64,000 nt of DNA from Eledone cirrhosa (lineage: Eukaryota): NCBI GenBank assembly GCA_964016885.1, contig OZ024740.1, positions 427,986,001-428,050,000 on the forward strand. The letters are read 5' to 3'. The notes below the pieces were generated by a model that was given only the letters and a program-made list of their open reading frames with translations, made no database searches and was not told where the DNA came from. Positions 15,001 through 29,222 of this stretch are shown piece by piece. The position numbers were made by a program, and so were the translations under genes. Every line of letters starts with the position of its first letter. The first letter of the stretch is position 1.

Positions 15001-18000
15001 TACTTGGAGAGTTTAGCCTCCTTAGTCCGACGTGCAGGAGAGTGACTGGTACTTGGAGAGTTTAGCCTCCTTAGTCCGACGTGCAGGAGAGTGACTGGTA
15101 CTTGGAGAGTTTAGACTCCTTAGTCCGACGTGCAGGAGAGTGACTTGTACTTGGAGAGTTTAGCCTCCTTAGTCCGACGTGCAGGAGAGTGACTTGTACT
15201 TGGAGAGTTTAGCCTCCTTAGTCCGACGTGCAGGAGAGTGACTGGTACTTGGAGAGTTTAGACTCCTTAGTCCGACGTGCAGGAGAGTGACTTGTACTTG
15301 GAGAGTTTAGCCTCCTTAGTCCGACGTGCAGGAGAGTGACTGGTACTTGGAGAGTTTAGACTCCTTAGTCCGACGTGCAGGAGAGTGACCGGTACTTGGA
15401 GAGTTTAGCCTCCTTAGTCCGACGTGCAGGAGAGTGACTGGTACTTGGAGAGTTTAGACTCCTCAGCCCGACGTGCAGGAGAGTGACCGGTACTTGGAGA
15501 GTTTAGCCTCCTTAGTCCGACGTGCAGGAGAGTGACTGGTACTTGGAGAGTTTAGACTCCTTAGTCCGACGTGCAGGAGAGTGACTGGTACTTGGAGAGT
15601 TTAGACTCCTTAGTCCGACGTGCAGGAGAGTGACTTGTACTTGGAGAGTTTAGCCTCCTTAGTCCGACGTGCAGGAGAGTGACTTGTACTTGGAGAGTTT
15701 AGCCTCCTTAGTCCGACGTGCAGGAGAGTGACTTGTACTTGGAGAGTTTAGACTCCTCAGCCCGACGTGCAGGAGAGTGACCGGTACTTGGAGAGTTTAG
15801 CCTCCTTAGTCCGACGTGCAGGAGAGTGACTGGTACTTGGAGAGTTTAGACTCCTTAGTCCGACGTGCAGGAGAGTGACTTGTACTTGGAGAGTTTAGCC
15901 TCCTTAGTCCGACGTGCAGGAGAGTGACTTGTACTTGGAGAGTTTAGCCTCCTTAGTCCGACGTGCAGGAGAGTGACTGGTACTTGGAGAGTTTAGACTC
16001 CTTAGTCCGACGTGCAGGAGAGTGACCGGTACTTGGAGTGTTTAGCCGTCTCAGTCCGACGTGCAGGAGAGTGACCGGTACTTGTAGAGTTTAACCTCAT
16101 TAGTCCGACGTGCAGGAGAGTGACTGTTACTTGGAGAGTTTAGCCTCCTTAGTCCGACGTGCAGGAGAGTGACCGGTACTTGGAGAGTTTAGCCTCCTCA
16201 GTCCGACGTGCATGTGAGTGACTGGTACTTGGAGAGTTTAGCCTCCTCAGTCCGACGTGCATGTGAGTGACTGGTACTTGGAGAGTTTAGCCTCCTCAGT
16301 CCGACGTGCATGTGAGTGACTGGTACTTGGAGAGTTTAGCCTCCTCAGCCCGACGTGCAGGAGAGTGACTGGTACTTGGAGAGTATAGCCTCATTAGTCC
16401 GACGTGCAGGAGAGTGACAGGTACTTGGAGAGTTTAGCCTCCTCAGCCCGACGTGCAGGAGAGTTACCGGTACTTGGAGAGTTTAGCCTCATCAGTCCGA
16501 CGTGCAGGAGAGTGACTTATACTTGGAGATTTTAGCCTCCTAAGTCCGACGTGCAGGAGAGTGACTGGTACTTGGAGAGTTTAGCCTCCTTAGTCCGACG
16601 TGCAGGAGAGTGACTGGTACTTGGAGAGTTTAGCCTCCTTAGTCCGACGTGCAGGAGAGTGACCGGTACTTGGAGAGTTTAGCCTCCCCAGTCCGACGTG
16701 AAGGAGAGTGACTGGTACTTGGAGAGTTTAGCCTCCTTATTCCGACGTGCAGGAGAGTGACTGTTACTTGGAGACTTTAGCCTCCTTAGTCCGACGTGCA
16801 GGAGACTGACCGGTACTTGGAGAGTTTAGCCTCATCAGTCCGACGTGCAGGAGAGTGACTTGTACTTGGAGAGTTTAGCCTCCATAGTCCGACGTGCAGG
16901 AGAGTGACCGGCACTGGAGAGTTTAGCCTCCTCAGTCCGGCGTGCAGGAGGGTGACCGGTACCTGGAGAATTTATCCTCCTCAGTCCGACGTGCAGGAGA
17001 GTGACCGGTATTGGAGAGCTTAGCCTCCTCAGCCCGACGTGCAGGAGAGTGACTGGTACTTGGAGAGTATAGCCTCATTAGTCCGACGTGCAGGAGATTG
17101 ACTGGTACTTGGAGAGTTTAGCCTCCTCAGCCCGTTGTGCAGGAGAGTGACCGGTACTTGGAGAGTTTAGCCTCCTTAGTCCGACGTGATGGAGAGTGAC
17201 TGGTACTTGCAGAGTTTAGCCTCCTCAGCCCGACGTGCAGGAGAGTGACTGGTACTTGGAGAGTTTAGCCTCCTTATTCCGACGTGCAGGAGAGTGACTG
17301 GTACTTGGAGAGTTTAGCCTCCTCAGTCCGACGTGCAGGAGAGTGACCGGTACCTGGAGAGTTTAGCCTCCTCAGTCCGACATGCAGGAGAGTGACCGGT
17401 ACTTGGAGTGTTTAGCCGTCTCAGTCCGACGTGCAGGAGAGTGACTGGTACTTAGAGAGTTTAGCCTCCTCAGCCCGACGTGCAGGAGAGTGACTGGTAC
17501 TTGGAGAGTTTAGCCTCCTCAGCCCGACGTGCAGGAGAGTGACTGGTACTTGGAGAGTTTAGCCTCCTTAGTCCGACGTGCAGGAGAGTGACTGTTACTT
17601 GGAGAGTTTAGCCTCCTTAGTCCGACGTGCAGGAGAGTGACTGGTACTTGGAGAGTTTAGCCTCCTCAGCCCGACGTGCAGGAGAGTGACTGGTACTTGG
17701 AGAGTTTGTCCTCCTCATTCCGACGTGCAGGAGAGTTACCGGTACTTGGAGTGTTTAGCCGTCTCAGTCCGACGTGCAGGAGAGTGACCGGTACTTGGAG
17801 TGTTTAGCCGTCTCAGTCCGACGTGCAGGAGAGTGACTGGTACTTGGAGAGTTTAGCCTCCTCAGCCCGACGTGCAGGAGAGTGACTGGTACTTGGAGAG
17901 TTTGTCCTCCTCATTCCGACGTGCAGGAGAGTTACCGGTACTTGGAGTGTTTAGCCGTCTCAGTCCGACGTGCAGGAGAGTGACCGGTACTTGGAGTGTT

Positions 18001-21000
18001 TAGCCGTCTCAGTCCGACGTGCAGGAGAGTGACTGGTACTTGGAGAGTTTAGCCTCCTCAGCCCGACGTGCAGGAGAGTGACTGGTACTTGGAGAGTTTG
18101 TCCTCCTCATTCCGACGTGCAGGAGAGTTACCGGTACTTGGAGAGTTTAGCCTCATCAGTCCGACGTGCAGGAGAGTGACTTATACTTGGACATTTTAGC
18201 CTCCTCAGTCCGACGTGCAGGAGAGTGACTGGTACTTGGAGAGTTTAGCCTCCTTAGTCCCACGTGCAGGAGAGTGACCGGTACCTGGAGAGTTTAGCCT
18301 CCTCAGTCCGACGTGCAGGAGAGTGACCGGTATTGGAGAGCTTAGCCTCCTCAGCCCGAGGTGCAGGAGACTGACCGGTACTTGGAGAGTTTAGCCTCCT
18401 TAATCCGACGTCCAGGAGAGTGACTGGTACTTGGAGAGTTTAGCCTCATCAGCCCGACGTGCAGGAGAGTGACTGGTATTTGGAGAGTTTAGCCTCCTCA
18501 GCCTGACGTGCAGGAGAGTGACTGGTACTTGGAGATTTTAGCCTTCTTAGTCCGATCTGCAGGAGAGTGACCGGTACTTTGAGAGTTTAGCCTCCTTAGT
18601 CCGACGTGCAGGAGAGTGACCGGTACTTGGAGAGTTTAGCCTCCCCAGTCCGACGTGAAGGAGAGTGACTGGTACTTGGAGAGTTTAGCCTCCTTATTCC
18701 GACGTGCAGGAGAGTGACTGTTACTTGGAGAGTTTAGCCTCCTTAGTCCGACGTGCAGGAGAGTGACCGGTACTTGGAGAGTTTAGCCTCATCAGTCCGA
18801 CGTGCAGGAGAGTGACTTGTACTTGGAGAGTTTAGCCTCCATAGTCCGATGTGCAGGAGAGTGACCGGTACTTGGAGAGTTTAGCCTCATCAGTCCGACG
18901 TGCAGGAGATTGACTGGTACTTGGAGAGTTTAGCCTCCCTAGTCCGACGTGCAGGAGAGTGACCGGCACTGGAGAGTTTAGCCTCCCTAGTCCGACGTGC
19001 AGGAGAGTGACCGGTATCTGGAGAATTTATCCTCCTCAGTCTGACGTGCAGGAGAGTGACCGGTATTGGAGAGCTTAGCCTCCTCAGCCCGACGTGCAGG
19101 AGAGTGACTGGTACTTGGAGAGTATAGCCTGATTAGTCCGACGTGCAGGAGATTGACTGGTACTTGGAGAGTTTAGCCTCCTCAGCCCGTTGTGCAGGAG
19201 AGTGACCGGTACTTGGAGAGTTTAGCCTCCTTAGTCCGACGTGCAGGAGAGTGACCGGTACTTGGAGAGTTTAGCCTCCTTAGTCCGACGTGCAGGAGAG
19301 TGACCGGTACTTTGTGAGTTTAGCCTCCTCAGTGCGACTTGCAGGAGAGTGACTGGTACTTGGAGAGTTTAGCCTCCTCAGTCCGACGTGCATGAGAGTG
19401 ACTGGTACTTGGAGAGTTTAGCCTCCTCAGCCCGACGTGCAGGAGAGTGACTGGTACTTGGAGAGTTTAGTCTCCTCAGCCCGACGTGCAGGAGAGTGAC
19501 CGGTACTTGGAGAGTTTACCCTCCTTAGTCCGACGTGCAGGAGAGTGACCGGTACTTGGAGAGTTTAGCCTCCTTAGTCCGACGTGCAGGAGAGTGACCG
19601 GTACTTGGAGAGTTTAGCCTCCTCAGCCCGACGTGCAGGAGAGTGACTTGTACTTGGAGAGTTTAGCCTCCTCAGCCCGACGTGCAGGAGAGTTACTTGT
19701 ACTTGGCGAGTTTAGCCTCCTTATTCCGACGTGCACGAGAGTGACTAGTACTTGGAGAGTTTATCCTCCTCATTCCGACGTGCAGGAGAGTGACCGGTAC
19801 TTGGAGAGTTTAGCCTCATCAGTTTGACTTGCAGGAGAGTGACTTATACTTGGAGATTTTAGCCTCCTCAGTCCGACGTGGAGGAGAGTGACTGGTATTT
19901 GGAGAGTTTAGCCTCCTTAGTCCGACGTGCAGGAGACTGACTTGTACTTGGAGAGTTTAGCCTCCATACTCCGACGTGCAGGAGAGTGACCTTTACTTGG
20001 AGAGTTTAGCCTCCTTAGTCCGACGTGCAGGAGAGTGACTGGTACTTGGAGAGTTTAGCCTCCTTAGTCCGACGTGCAGGAGAGTGACTGGTACTTGGAG
20101 AGTTTAGCCTCCTTAGTCCGACGTGAAGGAGAGTCACTGGTACTTGGAGAGTTTAGCCTCCTCAGCCCGACGTGCAGGAGAGTGACTAGTACTTGGAGAT
20201 TTTAGCCTTCTTAGTCCGACGTGCAGGAGAGTGATCGGTACTTGGAGAGTTTAGCCTCCTCAGTGCGATGTGCAGGAGAGTGACCGGTACTTGGAGAGTA
20301 TAGCCTCATTAGTCCGACGTGCAGGAGATTGACTGGTACTTGAAGAGTTTAGCCTCCTCAGCCCGACATGCAGGAGAGTGACCGGTACTTGGAGAGTTTA
20401 GCCTCCTTAGTCCGACGTGATGGAGAGTGACTGGTACTTGCAGAGTTTAGGCTCCTCAGCCCGACGTGCAGGAGAGTGACTGGTACTTGCAGAGTTTAGG
20501 CTCCTCAGCCCGACGTGCAGGAGAGTGACCGGTATTTGGAGAGTTTACCATCCTCAGTCCGACGTGCAGGAGAGTGACCGGTATTTGGAGAGTTTAGCCT
20601 CCTTAGTCCGACGTGCAGGAGAGTGACTGGTACTTGGAGAGTTTAGCCTCCTTAGTCCGACATGCAGGAGAGTGACTGGTACTTGGAGATTTTAGCCTCC
20701 TCAGCCCGGCGTGCAGGAGAGTGACAGGTACTTGGAGAGTTTAGCCTCCTCAACCCGACGTGCAGGAGAGTGACCGGTACTTGGAGAGTTTACCCTCCTT
20801 AGTCCGACGTGCAGGAGAGTGACCGGTACTTGGAGAGTTTAGCCTCCTTAGTCCGACGTGCAGGAGAGTGACAGGTACTTGGAGAGTTTAGCCTCCCCAG
20901 TCCGACGTGAAGGAGAGTGACTGGTACTTGGAGAGTTTAGCCTCCCCAGTCCGACGTGAAGGAGAGTGACTGGTACTTGGAGAGTTTAGCCTCCTTATTC

Positions 21001-22429
21001 CGACGTGCAGGAGAGTGACCGGTACTTGGAGAGTTTAGCCTCATCAGTTTGACTTGCAGGAGAGTGACTTATACTTGGAGATTTTAGCCTCCTCAGTCCG
21101 ACGTGCAGGAGAGTGACTGGTACTTGGAGAGTTTAGCCTCCTTAGTCCGACGTGCAGGAGAGTGACTGGTACTTGGAGAGTTTAGCCTCCTTAGTCCGAC
21201 GTGCAGGAGAGTGACTGGTACTTGGAGAGTTTAGCCTCCTCAGCCCGACGTGCAGGAGACTGACTTGTACTTGGAGAGTTTAGCCTCCATACTCCGACGT
21301 GCAGGAGAGTGACCTTTACTTGGAGAGTTTAGCCTCCTTAGTCCGACGTGCAGGAGATTGACTGGTACTTGGAGAGTTTAGCCACCTTAGTCCGACTTGC
21401 AGGAGAGTGACTGGTACTTGGATAGTTTAGCCTCCTTAATCCGACGTGCAGGAGAGTGACTGGTACTTGGAGAGTTTAGCCTCCTTAGTCCGACGTGCAG
21501 GAGAGTGACTGGTACTTGGAGAGTTTAGCCTCCTCAGTCTGACGTGAAGGAGAGTGACTGGTACTTGGAGAGTTTAGCCTCCTTAATCCGACGTGCAGGA
21601 GAGTGACTGGTACTTGGAGAGTTTAGCCTCCTTAGTCCGACGTGCAGGAGAGTGACTGGTACTTGGAGAGTTTAGCCTCCTCAGTCTGACGTGAAGGAGA
21701 GTGACTGGTACTTGGAGAGTTTAGCCTCCTTAATCCGACGTGCAGGAGAGTGACTGGTACTTGGAGAGTTTAGCCTCCTTAGTCCGACGTGCAGGAGAGT
21801 GACTGGTACTTGGAGAGTTTAGCCACCTTAGTCCGACTTGCAGGAGAGTGACTGGTACTTGGATAGTTTAGCCTCCTTAATCCGACGTGCAGGAGAGTGA
21901 CTGGTACTTGGAGAGTTTAGCCTCCTCAGTCTGACGTGAAGGAGAGTGACTGGTACTTGGAGAGTTTAGCCTCCTTAATCCGACTTGCAGGAGAGTGACT
22001 GGTACTTGGAGAGTTTAGCCTCCTTAGTCCGACGTGCAGGAGAGTGACTGGTACTTGGAGAGTTTAGCCACCTTAGTCCGACTTGCAGGAGAGTGACTGG
22101 TACTTCGATAGTTTAGCCTCCTTAATCCGACGTGCAGGAGAGTGACTGGTACTTGGAGAGTTTAGCCTCCTCAGTCTGACGTGAAGGAGAGTGACTGGTA
22201 CTTGGAGAGTTTAGCCTCCTTAATCCGACGTGCAGGAGAGTGACTGGTACTTGGAGAGTTTAGCCTCCTCAGTCCGACGTGAAGGAGAGTGACTGGTACT
22301 TGGAGAGTTTAGCCTCCTTAGTCCGACGTGCAGGAGAGTGACTTGTACTTGGAGAGTTTACCCTCCTTAGTCCGACGTGCAGGAGAGTGACTGGTACTTG
22401 GAGAGTTTACCCTCCTTAGACCGACGTGC
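1..22429. repeat. 49-bp tandem satellite (~458 monomers, open at the left window edge), consensus GACYGGTACTTGGAGAGTTTAGCCTCCTYAGTCCGACGTGCAGGAGAGT
   Basis: Monomer starts fall at 1, 50, ..., 8870 and 16024, all exact multiples of 49 plus 1. The last start is 22389, which is 457x49+1 minus five 1-bp deletions. Confidence 0.99.
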
Positions 22430-22760
22430 CTCGGTTACTCGCAGACTGCACCAGGTTGTGGGTGGAGAAAGTGTCGCTGCAAGGCGACTAACCCATGTGA
22501 CCAAACTCTCCAAGTACCGGTCGCTATCCGATAGGTTCGCGGTCATACCCTTGGCAGTGGATTCTTTTGTTGTCCTTGGCCCTAGGACTAGCTCCCTATT
22601 CACCACCATAGGCACTGAGCTGGCCAGCCGCAGGTGTGAGCCTTGCGCGTTGAATGGATCTTCCAGCGCATCTCCCTTACCATCCTCCGGGGAAACGCCT
22701 TCTCTACCCTGTCCGCTGGGTCTGTGGGGAGGCCAGCACGGGGAACCCCATTTGCTCACC
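22430..22760 (+). mobile_element. 3' fragment of a CRE-type RLE non-LTR retrotransposon (degenerate endonuclease C-terminus plus short 3' UTR)
   Basis: Translates AARR..TKLSKYRSLSDRFAVIPLAVDSFVVLGPRTSSLFTTIGTELASRRCEP, then after a frameshift VEWIFQRISLTILRGNAFSTLSAG. This fits the KY..L...F.P.AVET.G..GP...QR.S.A..RGNA pattern of CRE-type RLEs. Confidence 0.8.
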
Positions 22761-22950
22761 ATACAGATTAATAGGAAAAGATATAAACTATTGTACGTAT
22801 TCATTGTGGTCAGTAAATAATTACAAATTATAAAAACTACAACAGCTACAACATACATATATAGGAGTACTAAGTCTCGGTTGGGCAGTTTTAAAAGACA
22901 TCCATTTATATATTATTTTACATTTGAAATTATCGGGTCTCCTACACTTT

Positions 22951-24281
22951 CTAATATAGTTCTAATATATTTCTAATATAGTTGTAATATAGTTCTAATA
23001 TAGTTCTAATATAGTTCTAATATAGTTCTAATATAGTTCTAATATAGTTGTAATATAGTTCTATTATAGTTCTAATATAGTTCTAATATAGTTCTAATAT
23101 AGTTCTAATATAGTTCTAATATAGTTCTAATATAGTTCTAATATAGTTCTAATATAGTTCTAATATAATTCTAATATAGTTGTAATATAGTTCTAATATA
23201 GTTCTAATATAGTTCTAATATAGTTCTAATATAGTTCTAATATAGTTCTAATATAGTTCTAATATAGTTCTAATATAGTTCTAATATAGTTGTAATATAA
23301 TTCTAATATAGTTGTAATATAGTTGTAATATAGTTCTAATATAGTTCTAATATAGTTCTAATATAGTTCTAATATAGTTCTAATATAGTTGTAATATAGT
23401 TCTAATATAGTTCTAATATAGTTCTAATATAGTTCTAATATAGTTGTAATATAGTTGTAATATAGTTCTAATATAGTTCTAATATAGTTCTAATATAGTT
23501 CTAATATAGTTCTAATATAGTTGTAATATAGTTCTAATATAGTTCTAATATAGTTCTAATATAGTTCTAATATAGTTCTAATATAGTTGTAATATAGTTG
23601 TAATATAGTTCTAATATAGTTCTAATATAGTTCTATTATAGTTGTAATATAGTTCTAATATAGTTGTAATATAGTTGTAATATAGTTCTAATATAGTTCT
23701 AATATAGTTCTAATATAGTTCTAATATAGTTCTAATATAGTTGTAATATAGTTCTAATATAGTTCTTATATAGTTCTAATATAGTTCTAATATAGTTGTA
23801 ATATAGTTCTAATATAGTTCTAATATAGTTCTAATATAGTTCTAATATAGTTGTAATATAGTTCTAATATAGTTCTAATATAGTTCTATTATAGTTGTAA
23901 TATAGTTCTAATATAGTTGTAATATAGTTGTAATATAGTTGTAATATAGTTCTAATATAGTTCTAATATAGTTCTAATATAGTTCTAATATAGTTGTAAT
24001 ATAGTTCTAATATAGTTCTTATATAGTTCTAATATAGTTCTAATATAGTTGTAATATAGTTCTAATATAGTTCTAATATAGTTGTAATATAGTTGTAATA
24101 TAGTTGTAATATAGTTCTAATATAGTTCTAATATACTTGTAATATAGTTGTAATATAGTTCTAATATAGTTCTAATATAGTTCTAATATAGTTCTAATAT
24201 AGTTGTAATATAGTTCTAATATAGTTCTAATATAGTTGTAATATAGTTCTAATATAGTTCTAATATAGTTCTAATATAGTT
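22951..24281. repeat. 11-bp minisatellite (CTAATATAGTT / GTAATATAGTT)n, ~120 copies
   Basis: Read directly from the sequence; one common C/G variant position. Confidence 0.98.
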
Positions 24282-24484
24282 AATTTTTTCATAAATGAGG
24301 AAAATGAGAACGCCAACAGCTGCCACTGGCCTTTGTCCTCTGTCATTGACGTCGTCTATTTTAACAGCTGTTCTAACAATGATTTTTCATGTTTTTCTAT
24401 GAATTCATATATACTCTCGCTTCATCTCGATCAGAAACGATATTGTTTAGAAATATATACTGCGTTATGTTTGTTCTCTTCAAC

Positions 24485-26562
<2,078 letters not shown>

Positions 26563-26564
<2 letters not shown>

Positions 26565-27638
26565 CAGAGTTTTGTAGCTTGCTTGGAGTATTGTTTAATA
26601 GGAAACACAAATTTTAATTTTGAAGACCAACACAATGCGTATGTAGAATGTTAAATTGCCAAGATAAAAGAATCTTACCTTAGCAAATTTAATAATCCCA
26701 AATATTTTCGGGTTTAAAAACCCTTTATCAAAGGAGTGACCCTATGACAGACTTCAAATTCGATCGGAAATATTTGCTTGTATGGAAGCAGATTCATGGA
26801 CACTCCTGCATACATCGTACATATATCATACATATATCATACATATATCCTACATATATCATACATATATCATACATACATCATACATATATCATACATA
26901 TATCCGACATATATCATACATATATCATACATACATCATACATATATCATATATATATCCTACATATATCATACATATATCATACATACATCATACATAT
27001 ATCATACATATATCCTACATATATCATACATATATCATACATACATCATACACATATCATACATATATCCGACCGACATATATCATACATATATCATACA
27101 TCATACATACATCATATATATATCCTACATATATCATACATATATCATACATATATCATACATACATCATACATACATCATATATATATCCTACATATAT
27201 CATACATACATCATACATACATCATATATATATCATACATACATCATATATATATCATACATACATCATACATATATCATACATACATCATACATACATC
27301 ATATATATATATCATACATACATCATACACATATCATATATATATCATACATACATCATATATATATCATACATTTCACAACATACATTTCACAACACAC
27401 ACGTTCGAAATTTTAACCTCTTTTCATTTCATTTCACTTAACTCTGTTTCCATACAAACAAGGCAACACCGATTGATTTTTTAAGAGTCTTACATGGTCA
27501 CTCCTTTGATAATGGGTTTTTAAACCCGAAAATGTTTGGGATCGTTAAATTTGCTAAGTTAAGATTGTTTTGTTATCTTGGCGATTTAACATTCTACATA
27601 CGCACTGTGTTGGTCTTCAAAATTAAAATTTGTGTTTC
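26563..27638 (-). mobile_element. Fold-back element, family B: inverted arms ~26602-26790 / 27448-27638 enclosing a degenerate CATA/CATATAT minisatellite (26810-27400)
   Basis: The arms are imperfect reverse complements with (TA)n on both sides. Each arm carries TTGATAA-N-GGGTTTTTAAACCC-GAAA. Confidence 0.7.
27502..27541 (+). ncRNA. Minimal hammerhead-like motif with U3-A8 core (UUGAUAA)
   Basis: TCCT-TTGATAA-T-GGGTTTTTAAACCC-GAAA-ATGT-TT-GGGA. Stem I is weak, and the left-arm copy has a palindromic AATATT stem III. Confidence 0.45.
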
Positions 27639-27665
27639 ATATATATATATATATTTATACATATA

Positions 27666-27995
27666 AGAAAATGAGGGGGGGGGGGTTCCAACCAAAATGA
27701 AATAAAAGCGAGATGTCCTACACGAATGAAAGTATAAGGAAAAAAATGAAATCGAAAATGCAACTGGAGTCTTTTAAAGAATATTTATTTGTTTCCTTTA
27801 CCGGTTTCACTGTTCTTATGCTTTTCAAATGTATAATTGAGATAGAGGGTTTGTGGTTTTTCGAGATAAGCAACAAAACCTCCATCTCAATTCTACTTTT
27901 GAAAAGCATAAGAACTGTGAAACCGGTAATGGAAACAAATAAATATTCTTAGAATGACTCCAGTTGCATTTTCGATTTCATCTTTTTTCTTTATA
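27666..27995 (-). mobile_element. Fold-back element, family C (arms ~27733-27853 / 27875-27995) between (TA)n tracts, with a UUGAAAA...GAAACCGGUA hammerhead-like motif at 27899-27928
   Basis: The inverted repeat is read directly. Stem III is the palindrome ACCGGT; stems I and II are decayed. Confidence 0.6.
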
Positions 27996-27996
27996 T

Positions 27997-28070
<74 letters not shown>

Positions 28071-28878
28071 AGAAAGAGAAAGAGAGAGAGGGGAGAGAGA
28101 GAGGGGGGGGAGAAAGGGAAAAAGAGAATGAGAGAGAGATAATGATCTACATATTTGTTGCTATTGTCTCTTTGTTTTCTTACTGTTTGGTGTTAGTTTT
28201 AATGAGTTGCTTTAATTAACGCAAAGCAGATTTTGTTTTACGGTTTTGATCTAATTGTTGTATTATCGACTCCGACTGCTACATTCCCCTATTTCTCCCT
28301 CCTTAGTTTCGCTTATGGCTAAATCCTGCTACATCTCGTCACTTCCGGTTAAACTAACCATTTCCTTTCTCACAGCAACGATCGGAATTACCAAATGTGT
28401 CATTCTTATTCTCTCCAAATCTGTGGCCTTAAAGCGCATCTTTTCTTCCCTCCGAGCTATTCATCTCTGTCGTCTTGTTCTTCAATTAATCCACTAATTA
28501 TAATTGACTGTGTGGTTACATTATGATTCACCGATATATTTAACCCATTACGTTTTGTTAGTTTCTGTCTCCAAGTCCCTCTTCCACTTATATTACTTAT
28601 GTCTTCTGTCTCCTTTACACGTCTTCCTCTATAATTTCCGGACAGTGTTAAAACTAGTCTGTTTTTACACAGCATGGATACAGCAATTATATTTTAAAAG
28701 CGCCCAGAATGGCTCTGCTACTATATAAACACTATTAACTTCGTGCCAGAGCCCCATCTCAGTTCAAACCACTTTGTAAACAATTTTTACATATTTAAGT
28801 ATACAACAATATATATATATATATTGTCATATGTATAATATATGTATGATATATGTCATATTTGATGTTGTCCTAATC

Positions 28879-29136
28879 TTGCCAAATATAGTAAAACACA
28901 CTCACTATTTCGTTTGATTTTCACTCTAGTATAGTCATTTATTTATATGAATAATTTAGCTGGCAATCAATGTTTATTATCGATTGATCAACAGTTTAAA
29001 ATATATTTATACATATAATTTATGTTGGTCAATCAATGATAAACATTGATTGCCAGCTAATTTATTTATAGAAATATAAAAATATGCTAAAGCGAAAACT
29101 AAATCAAACAGTGAGTGTGTTTTACTACATTTGGCA
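28879..29136. repeat. Imperfect ~115-bp inverted repeat (MITE or fold-back-like)
   Basis: TTGCCAAAT..GTAAAACACACTCACT and TTAGCTGGCAATCAATGTTTAT are mirrored at 29036-29136. Confidence 0.75.
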
Positions 29137-29140
29137 ATAT

Positions 29141-29222
29141 TATAACAATATGACCCTGCCCAAATATAACAATATGACCCTGCCCAAATATAACAATATG
29201 ACCCTGCCCAAATATAACAATA
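29141..29222. repeat. 24-bp tandem repeat x3.4 (TATAACAATATGACCCTGCCCAAA)
   Basis: Read directly from the sequence. Confidence 0.95.

Noticed and set aside
12533-19827. Short ORFs within the satellite
   Set aside because: These are chance losses of stops in a 49-bp (non-triplet) repeat, on the strand opposite to the ancestral coding frame.
1-22429. CRISPR-like array
   Set aside because: Monomers are contiguous with no unique spacers, there are no cas genes, and the context is eukaryotic.
1-22429. Hammerhead in the satellite (CTGAGGA on the - strand of some monomers)
   Set aside because: It is followed by GGCTAAAC with no stem II and no GAAA. It is better explained as the codons GCT GAG GAG (AEE).
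22367-22858. 163-aa minus-strand ORF
   Set aside because: It is the antisense shadow of the RLE fragment running into the last monomer.
26744-27484. His/Ile/Tyr-rich ORFs in three frames
   Set aside because: They are translations of a CATA minisatellite.
28250-28780. Possible very old RTE-like C-terminal remnant on the - strand
   Set aside because: The motif similarity is too weak to support without alignment.
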